A stretch of 64,000 nucleotides of DNA, taken from the sequence record PV261925.1. One strand, written 5' to 3'. The position numbers and the translations under genes are program-made. Below are positions 36,456 to 46,131 of the stretch, one piece after another (position 1 is the stretch's first letter; each line of letters starts with the position of its first letter). The notes under the pieces are model-generated. The model made no database searches. It saw nothing but the letters and a program-made list of their open reading frames with translations, and was not told the origin of the DNA.

Positions 36456-36881
36456 TCATATAAACTTACCATTACTATCTCTCTTGACTTTCGACATATC
36501 TTTATTTCTATTTCTCTCGGCCAAGTCTGGGCGTTTTCTCCCCTTGTTCTTTTTACCCGCGGCACGCATCTTTTCTAATTGTTCTTCTGTAAAAACTCTC
36601 CTCTTATTTGATGCTACAATGGCGGGGTTAGGTCCAGTCTTCTTTCCTTTGTTCCAGGGTATCTTACCTTTATTTGCGGCACTAATAACTTGTCTTCTAA
36701 TCTCTTCTTTACCTATAAGTTTATCTAAACCAGAGGCGGCAATTCTATCATACTCATGCCCATGCTCTTCATATAATTTCCAATGGGCTGCAGCATGTTC
36801 CTCTACTGACAACTCTACAATGTTATCAGGGTCATCAGTGCCGCCCAAGTGTCGGGGTATAATATGGTGTTTATGTTTCAT
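36456..36881 (-). mobile_element. HNH homing endonuclease with NUMOD3-like C-terminus (MobE-like)
   Basis: HKHHIIPRHLGGTDDPDNIVELSVEEHAAAHWKLY; KGKIPWNKGK; late promoter TATAAATA at 36910-36903. Confidence 0.85.
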
Positions 36882-36927
36882 ACTATTATTATAACACAAT
36901 AGTATTTATAAATCAACCACCATAAGG

Positions 36928-37386
36928 TCAGACAAGAGTTCCGTGTGCCTTGCGTATCTCACGCAATTCCTCAAAATCTTTTTTCTTTGTTCCGCCTGCG
37001 TAGGGCCACGCGTAACCTTCAGTAATCATTTGTTCGTTAAGGGACAACTCGCCGTCCCCGACATAAAGCCAGCCAAGAAGGCGACCGTACTTACCGACCC
37101 CACCAACAAGCTCAGTGCGAATAACGAGATCATCATCTCCACTGATAGCACCTTCCAATTTATCTTTAAGCCAGTTAGTCGCATGAATACCTAGTTCCTT
37201 TTCTTCAAGGTCTTTGGTTCTTTTCTCTGGCGTGTCCACACCAGCAACTCTAACTCTCTCTTTTTTATAAAGGTCAAAACCGAGATCGATTGTGACATCG
37301 ATTGTGTCCCCATCCAACACTCTATCTATAGAGATGACTCTAAAATTGTAACAACTCTTACGACTTGGTGGCGTCATTGCTCCCAT
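36928..37386 (-). CDS. thermonuclease (SNase-like) family nuclease
   Basis: RVLDGDTIDV.IDLGF...RVRVAGVDTPE...GKYGRLLG...LNEQMITEGYA. Confidence 0.85.
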   Translation of the reverse strand: MGAMTPPSRKSCYNFRVISIDRVLDGDTIDVTIDLGFDLYKKERVRVAGVDTPEKRTKDLEEKELGIHATNWLKDKLEGAISGDDDLVIRTELVGGVGKYGRLLGWLYVGDGELSLNEQMITEGYAWPYAGGTKKKDFEELREIRKAHGTLV

Positions 37387-38555
37387 TCGATATCTCCCTA
37401 TTGGATAGATCTATTAACGTATATATGTAATACCCAACACCACAAAGGAGTGCTATCAAACAAATGACAACACTCCAAGTAACATCGTTTACATTATTCA
37501 GGGGTCTAAGGAAAAGATTCATGGATTTTTGGGGTCAATACCTAATTTGATAAGATACTCAATCCACCAATCTTGATCTTTGATATATCTCCAGTTAGGA
37601 ACTTTTTCATTTTTTTCTACCACATAATATTGATAGAGGGAATCATCGATAGTCTGTGCGATCTCCATATTCTTCATCCTCTTCGTCAACGTCCTCATAT
37701 GGATTTGCCACATAGGGTCCATGGGGTTTTCTGGATTCTGCTTTGACATAACTCTGCTCTTCGTTTACTGCAAAGATCCACAGACTTAATTTCATAACCA
37801 CCCAGATTATCACTAGTGGTAAGAAACAAGCTACTAGTATCATGGGTTTCATTTGTCAAAGGGTGCCCAATGTTCCCACCCATATTTATGGACTGCCCAC
37901 ATACCTAGAATAGGTACAAATATTAAAATGAATCCCAAGAATCCTAATGCAGGAGGAGATTCCATCCAGTGACGTACAAATAGAATCATTGGTCTGTAAA
38001 TGCGGCTATACAAAATAAAATGAATCCAAATGAAATTGGAATCATTATGATGACAAACTGTTGTACTATTTGTGTGCTAATTGACATTTCCATTTCCCCA
38101 CTGTAACCAAAGGTCTCTAAAATAGAAATCAACTGAAGAAAGTCTATCTAAAGGAGCTTCTTCTTCTGTACCAGCCCAAGTCATACAAAATCTTGAAACA
38201 TCAGTATGTGATTCGACATAAGGTACACCATACATTCTTGAGAATGAACTCATAGCAAAGATGTACCTCATCTTAATGCGCGGTTCCATTTCCATCATAG
38301 TCGTCCGAGTCGTAGTAATCGTTCTCTCCCTTGATAAAACCAAAGCAAAGTGTTGTAACTACAAATGGGACACATATCCAAACTAAAAAGTCAGCAAGTT
38401 CCATCGTCCTCATCGTTGTCGTAGAATAGTTTGCATGACCACCATTCATCATCCTCTTCATAAAGAGGACAGGGTTCCTCAAAAAGATATGCCATCCTTA
38501 ATTGATAAACCCTTTCTCTAAGTGACTTATAGAATTCTCTTTTTTCGTCTTGATT
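37358..38555 (-). other. cluster of very small, mostly single-TM hypothetical ORFs
   Basis: e.g. 37358-37522, 37519-37749, 37643-37852, 37849-37989, 38273-38482; overlapping start/stop codons. Confidence 0.55.
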
Positions 38556-38878
38556 CATTCGACATGTACTGTACCGATCATTCCTGCACCTTTATGTGGT
38601 CCACACCAATAAGTATAGTCACCTGACTCAGGGAATTCAACAGTAAAGTCTTCACCTGGTAACATTGCCAGAGCTTCGTGACCCAATTCGGGATGGTCTT
38701 CTACCACAACATTGTGAGGAGGAAGCATATTATTAATAAAATGTACTGACTCACCAGCAGCAATAGAAATTTCAGCAGGTTCAAAAACTAGATTACCATC
38801 GTAACCCATTTGAACATCAACTGCCCATACTGGAGAGGAAAATAAAATTGTAGCGAGAAGAGCAAAAATAAACTTCAT
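38555..38878 (-). CDS. petE: plastocyanin
   Basis: Signal peptide; LVFEPAEISI..GESVHFINN..PPHNVV; YTYWCGPHKGAGM copper ligands. Confidence 0.93.
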   Translation of the reverse strand: MKFIFALLATILFSSPVWAVDVQMGYDGNLVFEPAEISIAAGESVHFINNMLPPHNVVVEDHPELGHEALAMLPGEDFTVEFPESGDYTYWCGPHKGAGMIGTVHVE

Positions 38879-38900
38879 ATAACTCTTACAACTACACTAT

Positions 38901-39110
38901 CTATTCAAGAGATGTGTGTTTATACCTATCGTTTGTCTTGACTTCCTGACTTATCATTTCTCCGAACTCTTTACAACATTCTAACCATTCTTGTCTTGCT
39001 TTCTTTCTCTCAGGATCGTCAGGATCTCTTGTCTGAAATAAAGAAAACCACACCCTCCAGAGGTCTGCACATTCGTCAGACTTCTTTTGAAGATGTGGTT
39101 CTCGATACAA
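38901..39110 (-). CDS. hypothetical protein (69 aa)
   Basis: ORF track. Confidence 0.6.
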   Translation of the reverse strand: MYREPHLQKKSDECADLWRVWFSLFQTRDPDDPERKKARQEWLECCKEFGEMISQEVKTNDRYKHTSLE

Positions 39111-39112
39111 TT

Positions 39113-39412
39113 TTACTTTTTAGGTTCGATTGCGGATTGGACAGGTGGTTCTCCTTCTTTCTTTTTCACTTGTTGACCACCACCAGTTTTGGCTGGTGAC
39201 AATCCGAAAGCTGCAAGAGAGCCTGAGAATACTGATGCGATAAAAGTAGGGTCGAAGTCAAGAATCTTCTGACCATTTGGAAGTCTAACGTAACTGAATG
39301 TAAGAAGAGATGCAGACCAAATAAGTACAACAACTTTGACTAGATTACCTAGTACCTCACTCTTATCTTCATCTTGGTCCTTCTCTTCTACTTTTTTTGG
39401 TTTGCCAAGCAT
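39113..39412 (-). CDS. two-TM membrane protein
   Basis: VKVVVLIWSASLLTFSY...DPTFIASVFSGSLAAFG. Confidence 0.7.
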   Translation of the reverse strand: MLGKPKKVEEKDQDEDKSEVLGNLVKVVVLIWSASLLTFSYVRLPNGQKILDFDPTFIASVFSGSLAAFGLSPAKTGGGQQVKKKEGEPPVQSAIEPKK

Positions 39413-39574
39413 GAGTAGAAAATAAGGGTGTAATTATTTATTAGACACCCTCATATACTGGTTGCATTAAACCACTATCGGGACCGTTATCGTCATCGTC
39501 TACATCATCTGTGAACAACACAGAGTAGAAGATGAAGGTCCCTAACAAGATGGAACCTAGTAATAACATGTCGT

Positions 39575-39682
39575 TCACCAGATGCCTGGGATAAGTTGTC
39601 CTGTCGTGGCGTATGCACCCATGGCTGCCATGACACCAATCATTGCTGCCCAACCATTAATACGTTCTGCTCTTTCGTTCAT
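39575..39682 (-). CDS. hli: high-light inducible protein (35 aa)
   Basis: Hand-translated MNERAERINGWAAMIGVMAAMGAYATTGQLIPGIW; AExxNGxxAMIG motif. Confidence 0.9.
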   Translation of the reverse strand: MNERAERINGWAAMIGVMAAMGAYATTGQLIPGIW

Positions 39683-39828
39683 TGTTTTTCCTCTTGTGTC
39701 TTGTTTGTAATGATGATCTTTTGACCATCGTGGGTAAATTGTAACTCATCATCTGGATCCCACAGTAACTCTTCATACAAATCATCGAGTTTCTGCATAT
39801 CAATGTAGAGTTGATCTGGATTAGGCAT
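39679..39828 (-). CDS. small acidic hypothetical protein (49 aa)
   Basis: Hand-translated [31 protein letters not shown]. Confidence 0.6.
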   Translation of the reverse strand: MPNPDQLYIDMQKLDDLYEELLWDPDDELQFTHDGQKIIITNKTQEEKQ

Positions 39829-40114
39829 ACTTATCAAACATTTTACGAATATTTTGAGTAATACCCATACCCCCAGTAAACTCTTCTAGTTTGTTTCCTT
39901 CCCCATCAACAATGACAAGAACAGGAGTTGCAGTCACACCATACTGCTTTGCAAGATCAAGATTCTCTTGTGGGATAGGTACATCACTTACGTCTTCAAG
40001 GTCAACCTTTTCAAGAAGACTGGTACGTTCATCTTTAATGGAACGCATGTATTTGTCCACTAACATACATGGACCACACGAATCTTTTGAAAAGAGATAG
40101 AACTTGTTTGTCAC
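39821..40114 (-). CDS. thioredoxin-like protein
   Basis: FSKDSCGPC...[12 protein letters not shown]; probable GTG start. Confidence 0.8.
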   Translation of the reverse strand: MTNKFYLFSKDSCGPCMLVDKYMRSIKDERTSLLEKVDLEDVSDVPIPQENLDLAKQYGVTATPVLVIVDGEGNKLEEFTGGMGITQNIRKMFDKYA

Positions 40115-40404
40115 AAATTTTCCTCCTGCTCTGAGAGAATTACACAATCACTAGTCGGATATGCGACACAGGTCAGAATGTATCCCTCTTCAATTTGGTC
40201 ATCATCCAGGAAGGATTGTTCTTCGTTGTCCACAGTTCCACTGATGATCTTACCAGCACATGCAGAACATGCACCAGCCTTACATGAGTAAGGAAGGTCT
40301 ACACCTGCCTCTTCACCAGCCTCTAAAATGTACTGATCATCAGCACACTCAAACTTTGACTCGGTTCCATCAGGGGATTGGATAGTGATGCTGTAAATTG
40401 CCAT
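40111..40404 (-). CDS. petF: plant-type [2Fe-2S] ferredoxin
   Basis: [16 protein letters not shown]...[11 protein letters not shown]. Confidence 0.95.
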   Translation of the reverse strand: MAIYSITIQSPDGTESKFECADDQYILEAGEEAGVDLPYSCKAGACSACAGKIISGTVDNEEQSFLDDDQIEEGYILTCVAYPTSDCVILSEQEENL

Positions 40405-40490
40405 TAGTAAGTCTCAGATAGTTTTTCTACAGAATACGCCAACAATACAAAGAAGGCGATACTCGTTAGTGTAAAGAGTGTTGAAGTCAT
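40404..40490 (-). CDS. 28-aa single-TM microprotein
   Basis: Hand-translated [28 protein letters not shown]; stop overlaps the petF start. Confidence 0.5.
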   Translation of the reverse strand: MTSTLFTLTSIAFFVLLAYSVEKLSETY

Positions 40491-40492
40491 TG

Positions 40493-40702
40493 TCAACCTT
40501 TAAGTGTGAGATAAAACTTGGTTTCATCACCTGGAGTATTCTCGTAGATGGATGAGTCACCATATGTTTTGTGGTCTTTGTATCCTACCATACGACCTTT
40601 AGTGTTCTGAAGTGCAGGCATAAAGGCGATGAGAAAGAATACGGCAGGTGCTCCGATGATAAGAGCACCAGAAATCACATAATAAGTAATAAGTTCAGCC
40701 AT
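40493..40702 (-). CDS. small membrane protein in the hli operon
   Basis: ORF track; one TM helix; lacks a clear Hli motif. Confidence 0.65.
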   Translation of the reverse strand: MAELITYYVISGALIIGAPAVFFLIAFMPALQNTKGRMVGYKDHKTYGDSSIYENTPGDETKFYLTLKG

Positions 40703-40920
40703 CAGAATCCAAATGCTCCGAAGAAGAACACACTACCAGTCGTTGCATAAGAAACAACTGCTGCAACAAAACCAAGCATTGCTACACGTCCATTCAACTT
40801 CTCTGCTTTCTCAGCATGAGTTTCGATACCATAACGGTCAAGGTCTTCCTTGGTCATGTACATTGCTGGTTCAGTAGCCCACATATTTTGTTGGCCACGA
40901 TCATTAGTAGTAACAGTCAC
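40702..40920 (-). CDS. hli: high-light inducible protein
   Basis: AEKLNGRVAMLGFVAAVVSYATTG. Confidence 0.9.
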   Translation of the reverse strand: MTVTTNDRGQQNMWATEPAMYMTKEDLDRYGIETHAEKAEKLNGRVAMLGFVAAVVSYATTGSVFFFGAFGF

Positions 40921-40985
40921 GGATCTCTCCTGTGTGAAGTATTGTTACATTATATATGTTTTCTTAATATTCTGTCAAGTAAAAA

Positions 40986-41005
40986 GGACAGTCTCTCGAC
41001 TGTCC
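40986..41005. terminator. GGACAGT-N6-ACTGTCC palindrome (pstS terminator and/or operator of the hli promoter)
   Basis: Hairpin followed by T5 on the minus strand; 7 nt upstream of TTGACA (40978-40973). Confidence 0.6.
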
Positions 41006-41019
41006 CTGTGTTCATATGA

Positions 41020-41988
41020 TCACTTAAGTGTTTCTACAACACCTAAAGCTCGTTGTCGAAGTTCCTCTGGGAGAGGGACATAACCAAGAGAATCTGAAAG
41101 AGCTTGTGACTCTTCACTCAACATAAAACGAAGGGTGGTCTTCACTGCTTCATTATTATCTGCCTCAGGATACGCTAGGATCCAAGTAAGGGAGACAATA
41201 GGGTATGCATTGGCACCCCTAGGATTAGGATCAGCACCACGAAGCTGATCGTCAAGGATGATCTGTGATAAACCAGCTGCAGATGTTTCAGCATTTGCTT
41301 TAACATAGTTACCATCTCTGTTTTGAAGAGAAACTTGTTGGAACTTTCCACCGTTTACATAACCATAGTTAAGATAACCAATCGAACCATCAATTTGTCT
41401 GATCTGTGCAGCTACACCAGAGTTACCTTTACCACCAACACCAACAGGCCACTTAACTGACTTACCAGTTCCTACACGTTCTGCCCATTCAGCAGAGAAT
41501 GCAGACAGAGAGTTTGTGAAACCTTTGGTAGTACCAGAACCATCAGAGCGATGGACAGTCACGATCTTCTTATCAGCACAACCAAACTCAGACCAGTTGG
41601 TGATATTACCAAGGAAGACATCAGCAAGTTGTGCTTGAGTCATCTTGGCATCACAACCAGAATTGTTGTAAGCAGGAACAATTGCACCACCAGTCATGGG
41701 GATATGCACCATGGGCAGTTTTTGTTTCTTATCACTTACAGCACCATCAGAGGCACCGAAGTCAACAGTCTTAGCAGTGAACTGACGGACACCAGCACCA
41801 CTACCAACTGCCTGGTAGTTCACTTTGTTACCAGTCTTTTCTTGAAAATTTTGTAACCACGCAGTGTACAGAGGTGCAGGGAAAGTAGCACCAGCACCAT
41901 TTAACTTGAATGTAGTTTCTTTAGAACCACATGCGACAAGAGTGCCACCAACGGCGATGGCACTCAGAACTTTGAGAAAGTTTTTCAT
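41020..41988 (-). CDS. pstS: phosphate ABC transporter substrate-binding lipoprotein
   Basis: Lipobox LVAC; GAGATFPAPLY, YQAVGSGAG, DFGASD, HRSDGSGTT. Confidence 0.97.
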   Translation of the reverse strand: MKNFLKVLSAIAVGGTLVACGSKETTFKLNGAGATFPAPLYTAWLQNFQEKTGNKVNYQAVGSGAGVRQFTAKTVDFGASDGAVSDKKQKLPMVHIPMTGGAIVPAYNNSGCDAKMTQAQLADVFLGNITNWSEFGCADKKIVTVHRSDGSGTTKGFTNSLSAFSAEWAERVGTGKSVKWPVGVGGKGNSGVAAQIRQIDGSIGYLNYGYVNGGKFQQVSLQNRDGNYVKANAETSAAGLSQIILDDQLRGADPNPRGANAYPIVSLTWILAYPEADNNEAVKTTLRFMLSEESQALSDSLGYVPLPEELRQRALGVVETLK

Positions 41989-41991
41989 TTA

Positions 41992-42351
41992 TCAGAACCT
42001 GTACTTAGTGCCCAGTTCAACTTTCCAATCACGGGTGTTGTCTTCCATGAAAAGATTTTCCCACTTTCCATATGCAGACAGACTATCTGTCAACTTTACT
42101 TTACCACCAACTTCCAGAACGGTAAAGGTCTCACTCTCCTTTCCATCAGGAGAAATGATACCAGCACCACCCTCGATGTAAGGAGTGAAGGAACCAAACT
42201 TTTTATCAACACCAATACGAGCAGAATTTACAGACTTCGAAAAGTCCTCGTCAGTCCCTTTAAACTCATGCTTAGTTTCTACATAAGGACCAGCGAATGC
42301 AGGTGTCGCTATTGCTGAGAGTGCCAGAGCGGCAAGTGCAATTGATTTCAT
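41992..42351 (-). CDS. outer-membrane beta-barrel-like protein (divergent DUF680/PhCOG173-like paralog)
   Basis: Signal peptide ...PAFA|GPYVE; amphipathic strands; C-terminal KYRF. Confidence 0.65.
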   Translation of the reverse strand: MKSIALAALALSAIATPAFAGPYVETKHEFKGTDEDFSKSVNSARIGVDKKFGSFTPYIEGGAGIISPDGKESETFTVLEVGGKVKLTDSLSAYGKWENLFMEDNTRDWKVELGTKYRF

Positions 42352-42416
42352 TTTTTTATTAAGGTAAATTACTTTGTCCGAAGACTCTAGTATTATAACA
42401 GAGTCTTTGTGGTTTG

Positions 42417-42486
42417 TATTTAAGATCAAGTTAAATTGATTTGAGAACAAACCTTGGTATATATACTGGCTTAATTTAAAATTAAC
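42417..42486 (-). promoter_or_regulatory. putative Pho boxes (11-bp-period TTAA repeats) with a downstream -10
   Basis: TTTAACTT-GAT-CTTAAATA and GTTAATTT-TAA-ATTAAGCC; TATAAT 19 nt downstream of the proximal pair with no -35. Confidence 0.55.
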
Positions 42487-42536
42487 CATAAAAAAACCCC
42501 CTCATAAAGAGGAGGTTTGATTATCTGGTATTAGAA

Positions 42537-42911
42537 TCAGAAGCTGTACTTCAGACCCAGTTTACCACCAGCATTCAGGGCGTCAAAGTCGCCACCATCG
42601 GTAGTGGTTGCAGACAGTTCACCGTATGCACCCAACTTCGAAGACAGTGCAACAGAAGCACCAACCTTACCAGAGAACTCAGTCTCGGCTTCTTCACCGT
42701 CAAGGGAAACGATGGAAGGACCGCCTTGGACATACCAAGCAGCATCTTCGCCCAGAGCACCTTCGTAGCCGACGTGCAGATCAGTTACTGCACCAGTGTA
42801 GTCATCACCGACCCAACCAGCGTTGGTCTCAACGTTAACGTAAGGACCTGCAACAGCAGCGCCAGCGGACATAGACAGAGCAGCAGCAGCTGCGAATACA
42901 GATTTGAACAT
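42537..42911 (-). CDS. outer-membrane beta-barrel-like protein (DUF680/PhCOG173-like)
   Basis: MFKSVFAAAAALSMSAGAAVA|GPYVNVETNAGW.GDDY.G..TDLHVGYEG...GGKLGLKYSF. Confidence 0.75.
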   Translation of the reverse strand: MFKSVFAAAAALSMSAGAAVAGPYVNVETNAGWVGDDYTGAVTDLHVGYEGALGEDAAWYVQGGPSIVSLDGEEAETEFSGKVGASVALSSKLGAYGELSATTTDGGDFDALNAGGKLGLKYSF

Positions 42912-43024
42912 TAGTTTTACCTCGTTTTTACTTGTGGAATGGTTACCCACAGATGGAAAGGGAATCGACACTCCCTGTTTTATTACCAATTGTAACTTTA
43001 ATTACTGAAAGACAAAAGGTGAAG

Positions 43025-43058
43025 TATTTATAGTAACAGACAACTGTAACTTTGTCAA
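43025..43058 (-). promoter_or_regulatory. overlapping sigma70 and late promoters
   Basis: TTGACA-N17-TACTAT, and TATAAATA at 43032-43025. Confidence 0.7.
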
Positions 43059-43870
43059 CCCTCTTGTGGGGGTTGTACGTTAGATGGATCGGATACCCGA
43101 CCCAGATATGGATTGAAGTCCATTAACTCAGAGATTTCCATCTGAGCCCCAGTCTGTGACCAGAAGTTGAATTGAGCTTGATAGTTGCTCTTGTGGAATA
43201 CCTCCACATGGTCCTGGTGAATACTGGAACCTAGATCGGTCTTGTATAACAAAAGGGGAATGGCGTAAGTGTTACCAGAATTGTAGATGAGATCATCTGC
43301 AACAGGTCTTGGTCTTACATCATTATCAAGTTTGTATTTGTCACCACGACAGTGAAGACGAATTAGTTTCTCTGCGTGATGACGAGTGATAATATAACAT
43401 GCTGTAGAGAATTCATTCACGAAACGTTTATGAATCTTGATGTTGATATCACCAGTACAGATGATTGAGATCTGAGTTACATCCCAATCATATGGAATCT
43501 TACTAAAGAAATCCCTCCATGTAAAGTTCCAGAACCTGACCAGATCAAGTTCACAATCATCTTCCATCATGATTGCGTATGGTTCACCACTATCATAGAA
43601 CTCTTTGATAGCCTTGAGGTGAGAGGTCACACAACCGATCTCACCTGGTGAACACATGTCAGGGTACCTACCCTTCAGAATGTGTCCCAGATCGTCTTCT
43701 CGACCGTCGTAAGCGGACACACGGGTATAGTTAGTGATCTCCCAGTACTTGAACTGGTCCTCCATGTACTTCCATCTCTCAGGTTGTCCGTCGAGATTAA
43801 TACAATAGATCTTCGGAAGACCTTGAAGTTTGAATACGGCTTTGTTTCTATCCATTACAGTATTTCCCAA
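43055..43870 (-). CDS. glycosyltransferase family 25
   Basis: YCINLD...ERW...TRVSAYDG...GEIGCVTSH...IMMEDD...STACYII. Confidence 0.85.
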   Translation of the reverse strand: MGNTVMDRNKAVFKLQGLPKIYCINLDGQPERWKYMEDQFKYWEITNYTRVSAYDGREDDLGHILKGRYPDMCSPGEIGCVTSHLKAIKEFYDSGEPYAIMMEDDCELDLVRFWNFTWRDFFSKIPYDWDVTQISIICTGDINIKIHKRFVNEFSTACYIITRHHAEKLIRLHCRGDKYKLDNDVRPRPVADDLIYNSGNTYAIPLLLYKTDLGSSIHQDHVEVFHKSNYQAQFNFWSQTGAQMEISELMDFNPYLGRVSDPSNVQPPQEG

Positions 43871-44649
43871 TGGTCAGGGTACAAATCTTTAGTGTCTAAG
43901 TGAGCATTGTTTGGTCCAAACCATTTGGAAGGAGCAATGACTCTACCACAGTTCGCCAACCATGCACCCCACCATGAGAATGTAGAGTTGGCAATGATAA
44001 AGTCACTACACTGAGTCATCAGGTACAGATCATGATAGGAACTGTTACCCTCAGACAGAAGGAATCTATCTGGTTTGAATAGTTCTTGAGAAGCAGCCCA
44101 GAATGGATCGTCAGTGAATAGAATTACTTCCCTGTCTGGGTCAAACTTACTCAAGGCTTTCTCGTACCATTCAAGAGAAAGGTTGTGGTGATTACCACTG
44201 TTGATCAGAAAGTCTCCCCTACGAATATGTAAAGCAATGGGACTTTGATCGAACACCTCATCAACGATAGGTTCAGACTCTCCTTGAATCGTAGAGTTGA
44301 ACTTAAAATCCTGACGGATAGTATCTTCAATATGTTTGAAGTATTTCTCCGTCTGAAAGAAACCGAACAGACTTACATTGTCTGGACAGGTTTCAAATAG
44401 ATCTTCGTTGAAATGGAACCCGTTCTCCTGAACGACCGACCCACCTATCATACCACGTTGACAGTGGATCGTAAAGGGGTTGTCCAGTTCGATCTTGAGG
44501 AAGTTACCAATTCCATCATGAAAGACTTCATCATGGTCAGGGATACACATATCGTATCCACGATTTGCGGCGATACCTTTTGTCGCAGCATACTGGAACA
44601 TCTGGTTTCCTAGTTGTCCAGCCTTACCAAGATAATCAAATCCAATCAT
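43855..44649 (-). CDS. alpha-1,2-fucosyltransferase-like glycosyltransferase (GT11)
   Basis: GQLGNQMFQYA; GFFQTEKYF; IALHIRRGDF; IIANSTFSWWGAWL. Confidence 0.9.
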   Translation of the reverse strand: MIGFDYLGKAGQLGNQMFQYAATKGIAANRGYDMCIPDHDEVFHDGIGNFLKIELDNPFTIHCQRGMIGGSVVQENGFHFNEDLFETCPDNVSLFGFFQTEKYFKHIEDTIRQDFKFNSTIQGESEPIVDEVFDQSPIALHIRRGDFLINSGNHHNLSLEWYEKALSKFDPDREVILFTDDPFWAASQELFKPDRFLLSEGNSSYHDLYLMTQCSDFIIANSTFSWWGAWLANCGRVIAPSKWFGPNNAHLDTKDLYPDHWEIL

Positions 44650-45484
44650 TTTTCATATCGTTGAACACTTTTGCAATACCATCTTGAAGGTTGGTCTTTG
44701 GCAACCACCAACCCATAATATAATTATTGGCTTCGTTTCTCTTGTCAAGTTGAACACTATCCTTGGCAAGACCAGGATGAATCTTGATGGGTCTACCAAT
44801 CAGATTAAATTGACCCATGATGATCTGTGCAACTTCCTTAATACTGGAAGAGTTGAATGATGTGATGTGAAGAGGATCTTCTGGTTTGAAGTCAGTGTAG
44901 TTATCCATCACCGTTTCAAGTGCTTCACAACAGTCTTCAGCATACAGGAACTGACGCTCTTCTGTGCCATCAGTCATCATATCAAAGTCACCATATTCAA
45001 ATCCCTTACGGATAAAGTCTGTAATGACGTGTGACTTGTCATGGTCTTTCTCGATACCATAGACATTCCAGAACTTCACAATCAGACCATTGAGTGACTT
45101 GGTATACAACTCACCAAGTTTCTTTGCTGCACCGTAAGGTGAGTAAGACATGTTACTCATCTGTGACGAAGCGAACACGAATCTCTTATTATACTTCTCA
45201 AGAAGACCAAATACATTGACCATCATCCTTGCATTATTGTCAAGGAATTTGAATGTATGTTGATACTTCTTCAGGTATCTTGACCCACCAACATCAAACG
45301 CGAGAAAGAAAACAAAGTCTGCTTTCTGAACCTCACGTTCGAGATTATGATTTGGAATTTGTGTCAGGTCATGGCCATGATGTTTGGCAATATCAAACTC
45401 AATAACTTCATGACCCTTACGTGTCAAGTAGTCAGTCAGGTATGCACCGATCTGACCACTCGAACCAAGGTTTAATACTCTCAT
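44636..45484 (-). CDS. NAD-dependent epimerase/dehydratase
   Basis: LGSSGQIG; YGAAK; NVYG; ERQFLYAEDC. Confidence 0.85.
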   Translation of the reverse strand: MRVLNLGSSGQIGAYLTDYLTRKGHEVIEFDIAKHHGHDLTQIPNHNLEREVQKADFVFFLAFDVGGSRYLKKYQHTFKFLDNNARMMVNVFGLLEKYNKRFVFASSQMSNMSYSPYGAAKKLGELYTKSLNGLIVKFWNVYGIEKDHDKSHVITDFIRKGFEYGDFDMMTDGTEERQFLYAEDCCEALETVMDNYTDFKPEDPLHITSFNSSSIKEVAQIIMGQFNLIGRPIKIHPGLAKDSVQLDKRNEANNYIMGWWLPKTNLQDGIAKVFNDMKNDWI

Positions 45485-46131
45485 ACACCCTCTTTAAATT
45501 TCTTCCAATCGTTATCAAATATCTCCAGTCCCTTATCAGTCAGTACATGATCGTACATCTGGTCGAAGACCTTAGGTGGCATCGTTACCACTTCAGCACC
45601 ATTATACCATGAACGGATAGCACGTTGTACACTACGAATAGAAGCAGACAACACCTGTGTACGAATACCATGGATACGATACAGTTCACTGATTGATCTG
45701 ACGACTTCCAGACCTGCTACTGATTGATCATCCAATCGACCAACGAAAGGTGAAACATATGCAGCACCAGCCTTGGCAGCAAGAACAGCCTGAGATGCAC
45801 AGAAGATCAATGTGACATTGACACGAATTCCATTCTTAGATAGTTCCTTACAAGCAAGAAGACCATCACGGGTACAAGGTACTTTGATTGTTGCCACTGA
45901 CCCAAACTTCTCAGACAGTCTTTCACCCTCTCTGAGCATCTCCTGTGCGTCTCCCATGACCTCCATACTGATGTCTTTGACACCAAGATCTTTCAGTTTC
46001 TGGTAAACCTCATCAGGATCCTGACCATTCTTCATGATCAGTGTGGGGTTAGTTGTGACTCCATCAATCAGTCCAGTCTCGAAATACTTCTCAATTGTGT
46101 CTGTATCAGCAGTGTCAAGAAAAATTCTCAT
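45481..46131 (-). CDS. talC: transaldolase (TalC/FSA-like)
   Basis: MRIFLDTAD...GVTTNPTL...IKVP...NVTLIF...YVSPFVGRLDD...LSASIRS. Confidence 0.95.
   Translation of the reverse strand: MRIFLDTADTDTIEKYFETGLIDGVTTNPTLIMKNGQDPDEVYQKLKDLGVKDISMEVMGDAQEMLREGERLSEKFGSVATIKVPCTRDGLLACKELSKNGIRVNVTLIFCASQAVLAAKAGAAYVSPFVGRLDDQSVAGLEVVRSISELYRIHGIRTQVLSASIRSVQRAIRSWYNGAEVVTMPPKVFDQMYDHVLTDKGLEIFDNDWKKFKEGV

Noticed and set aside
39441-39653. 70-aa ORF MGSNDWCHG...
   Set aside because: Its N-terminal half is the wrong frame of the 35-aa hli gene; a real ORF probably starts at 39569
40493-40702. Calling this ORF a third hli
   Set aside because: It lacks the AExxNGRxAMxG chlorophyll-binding motif
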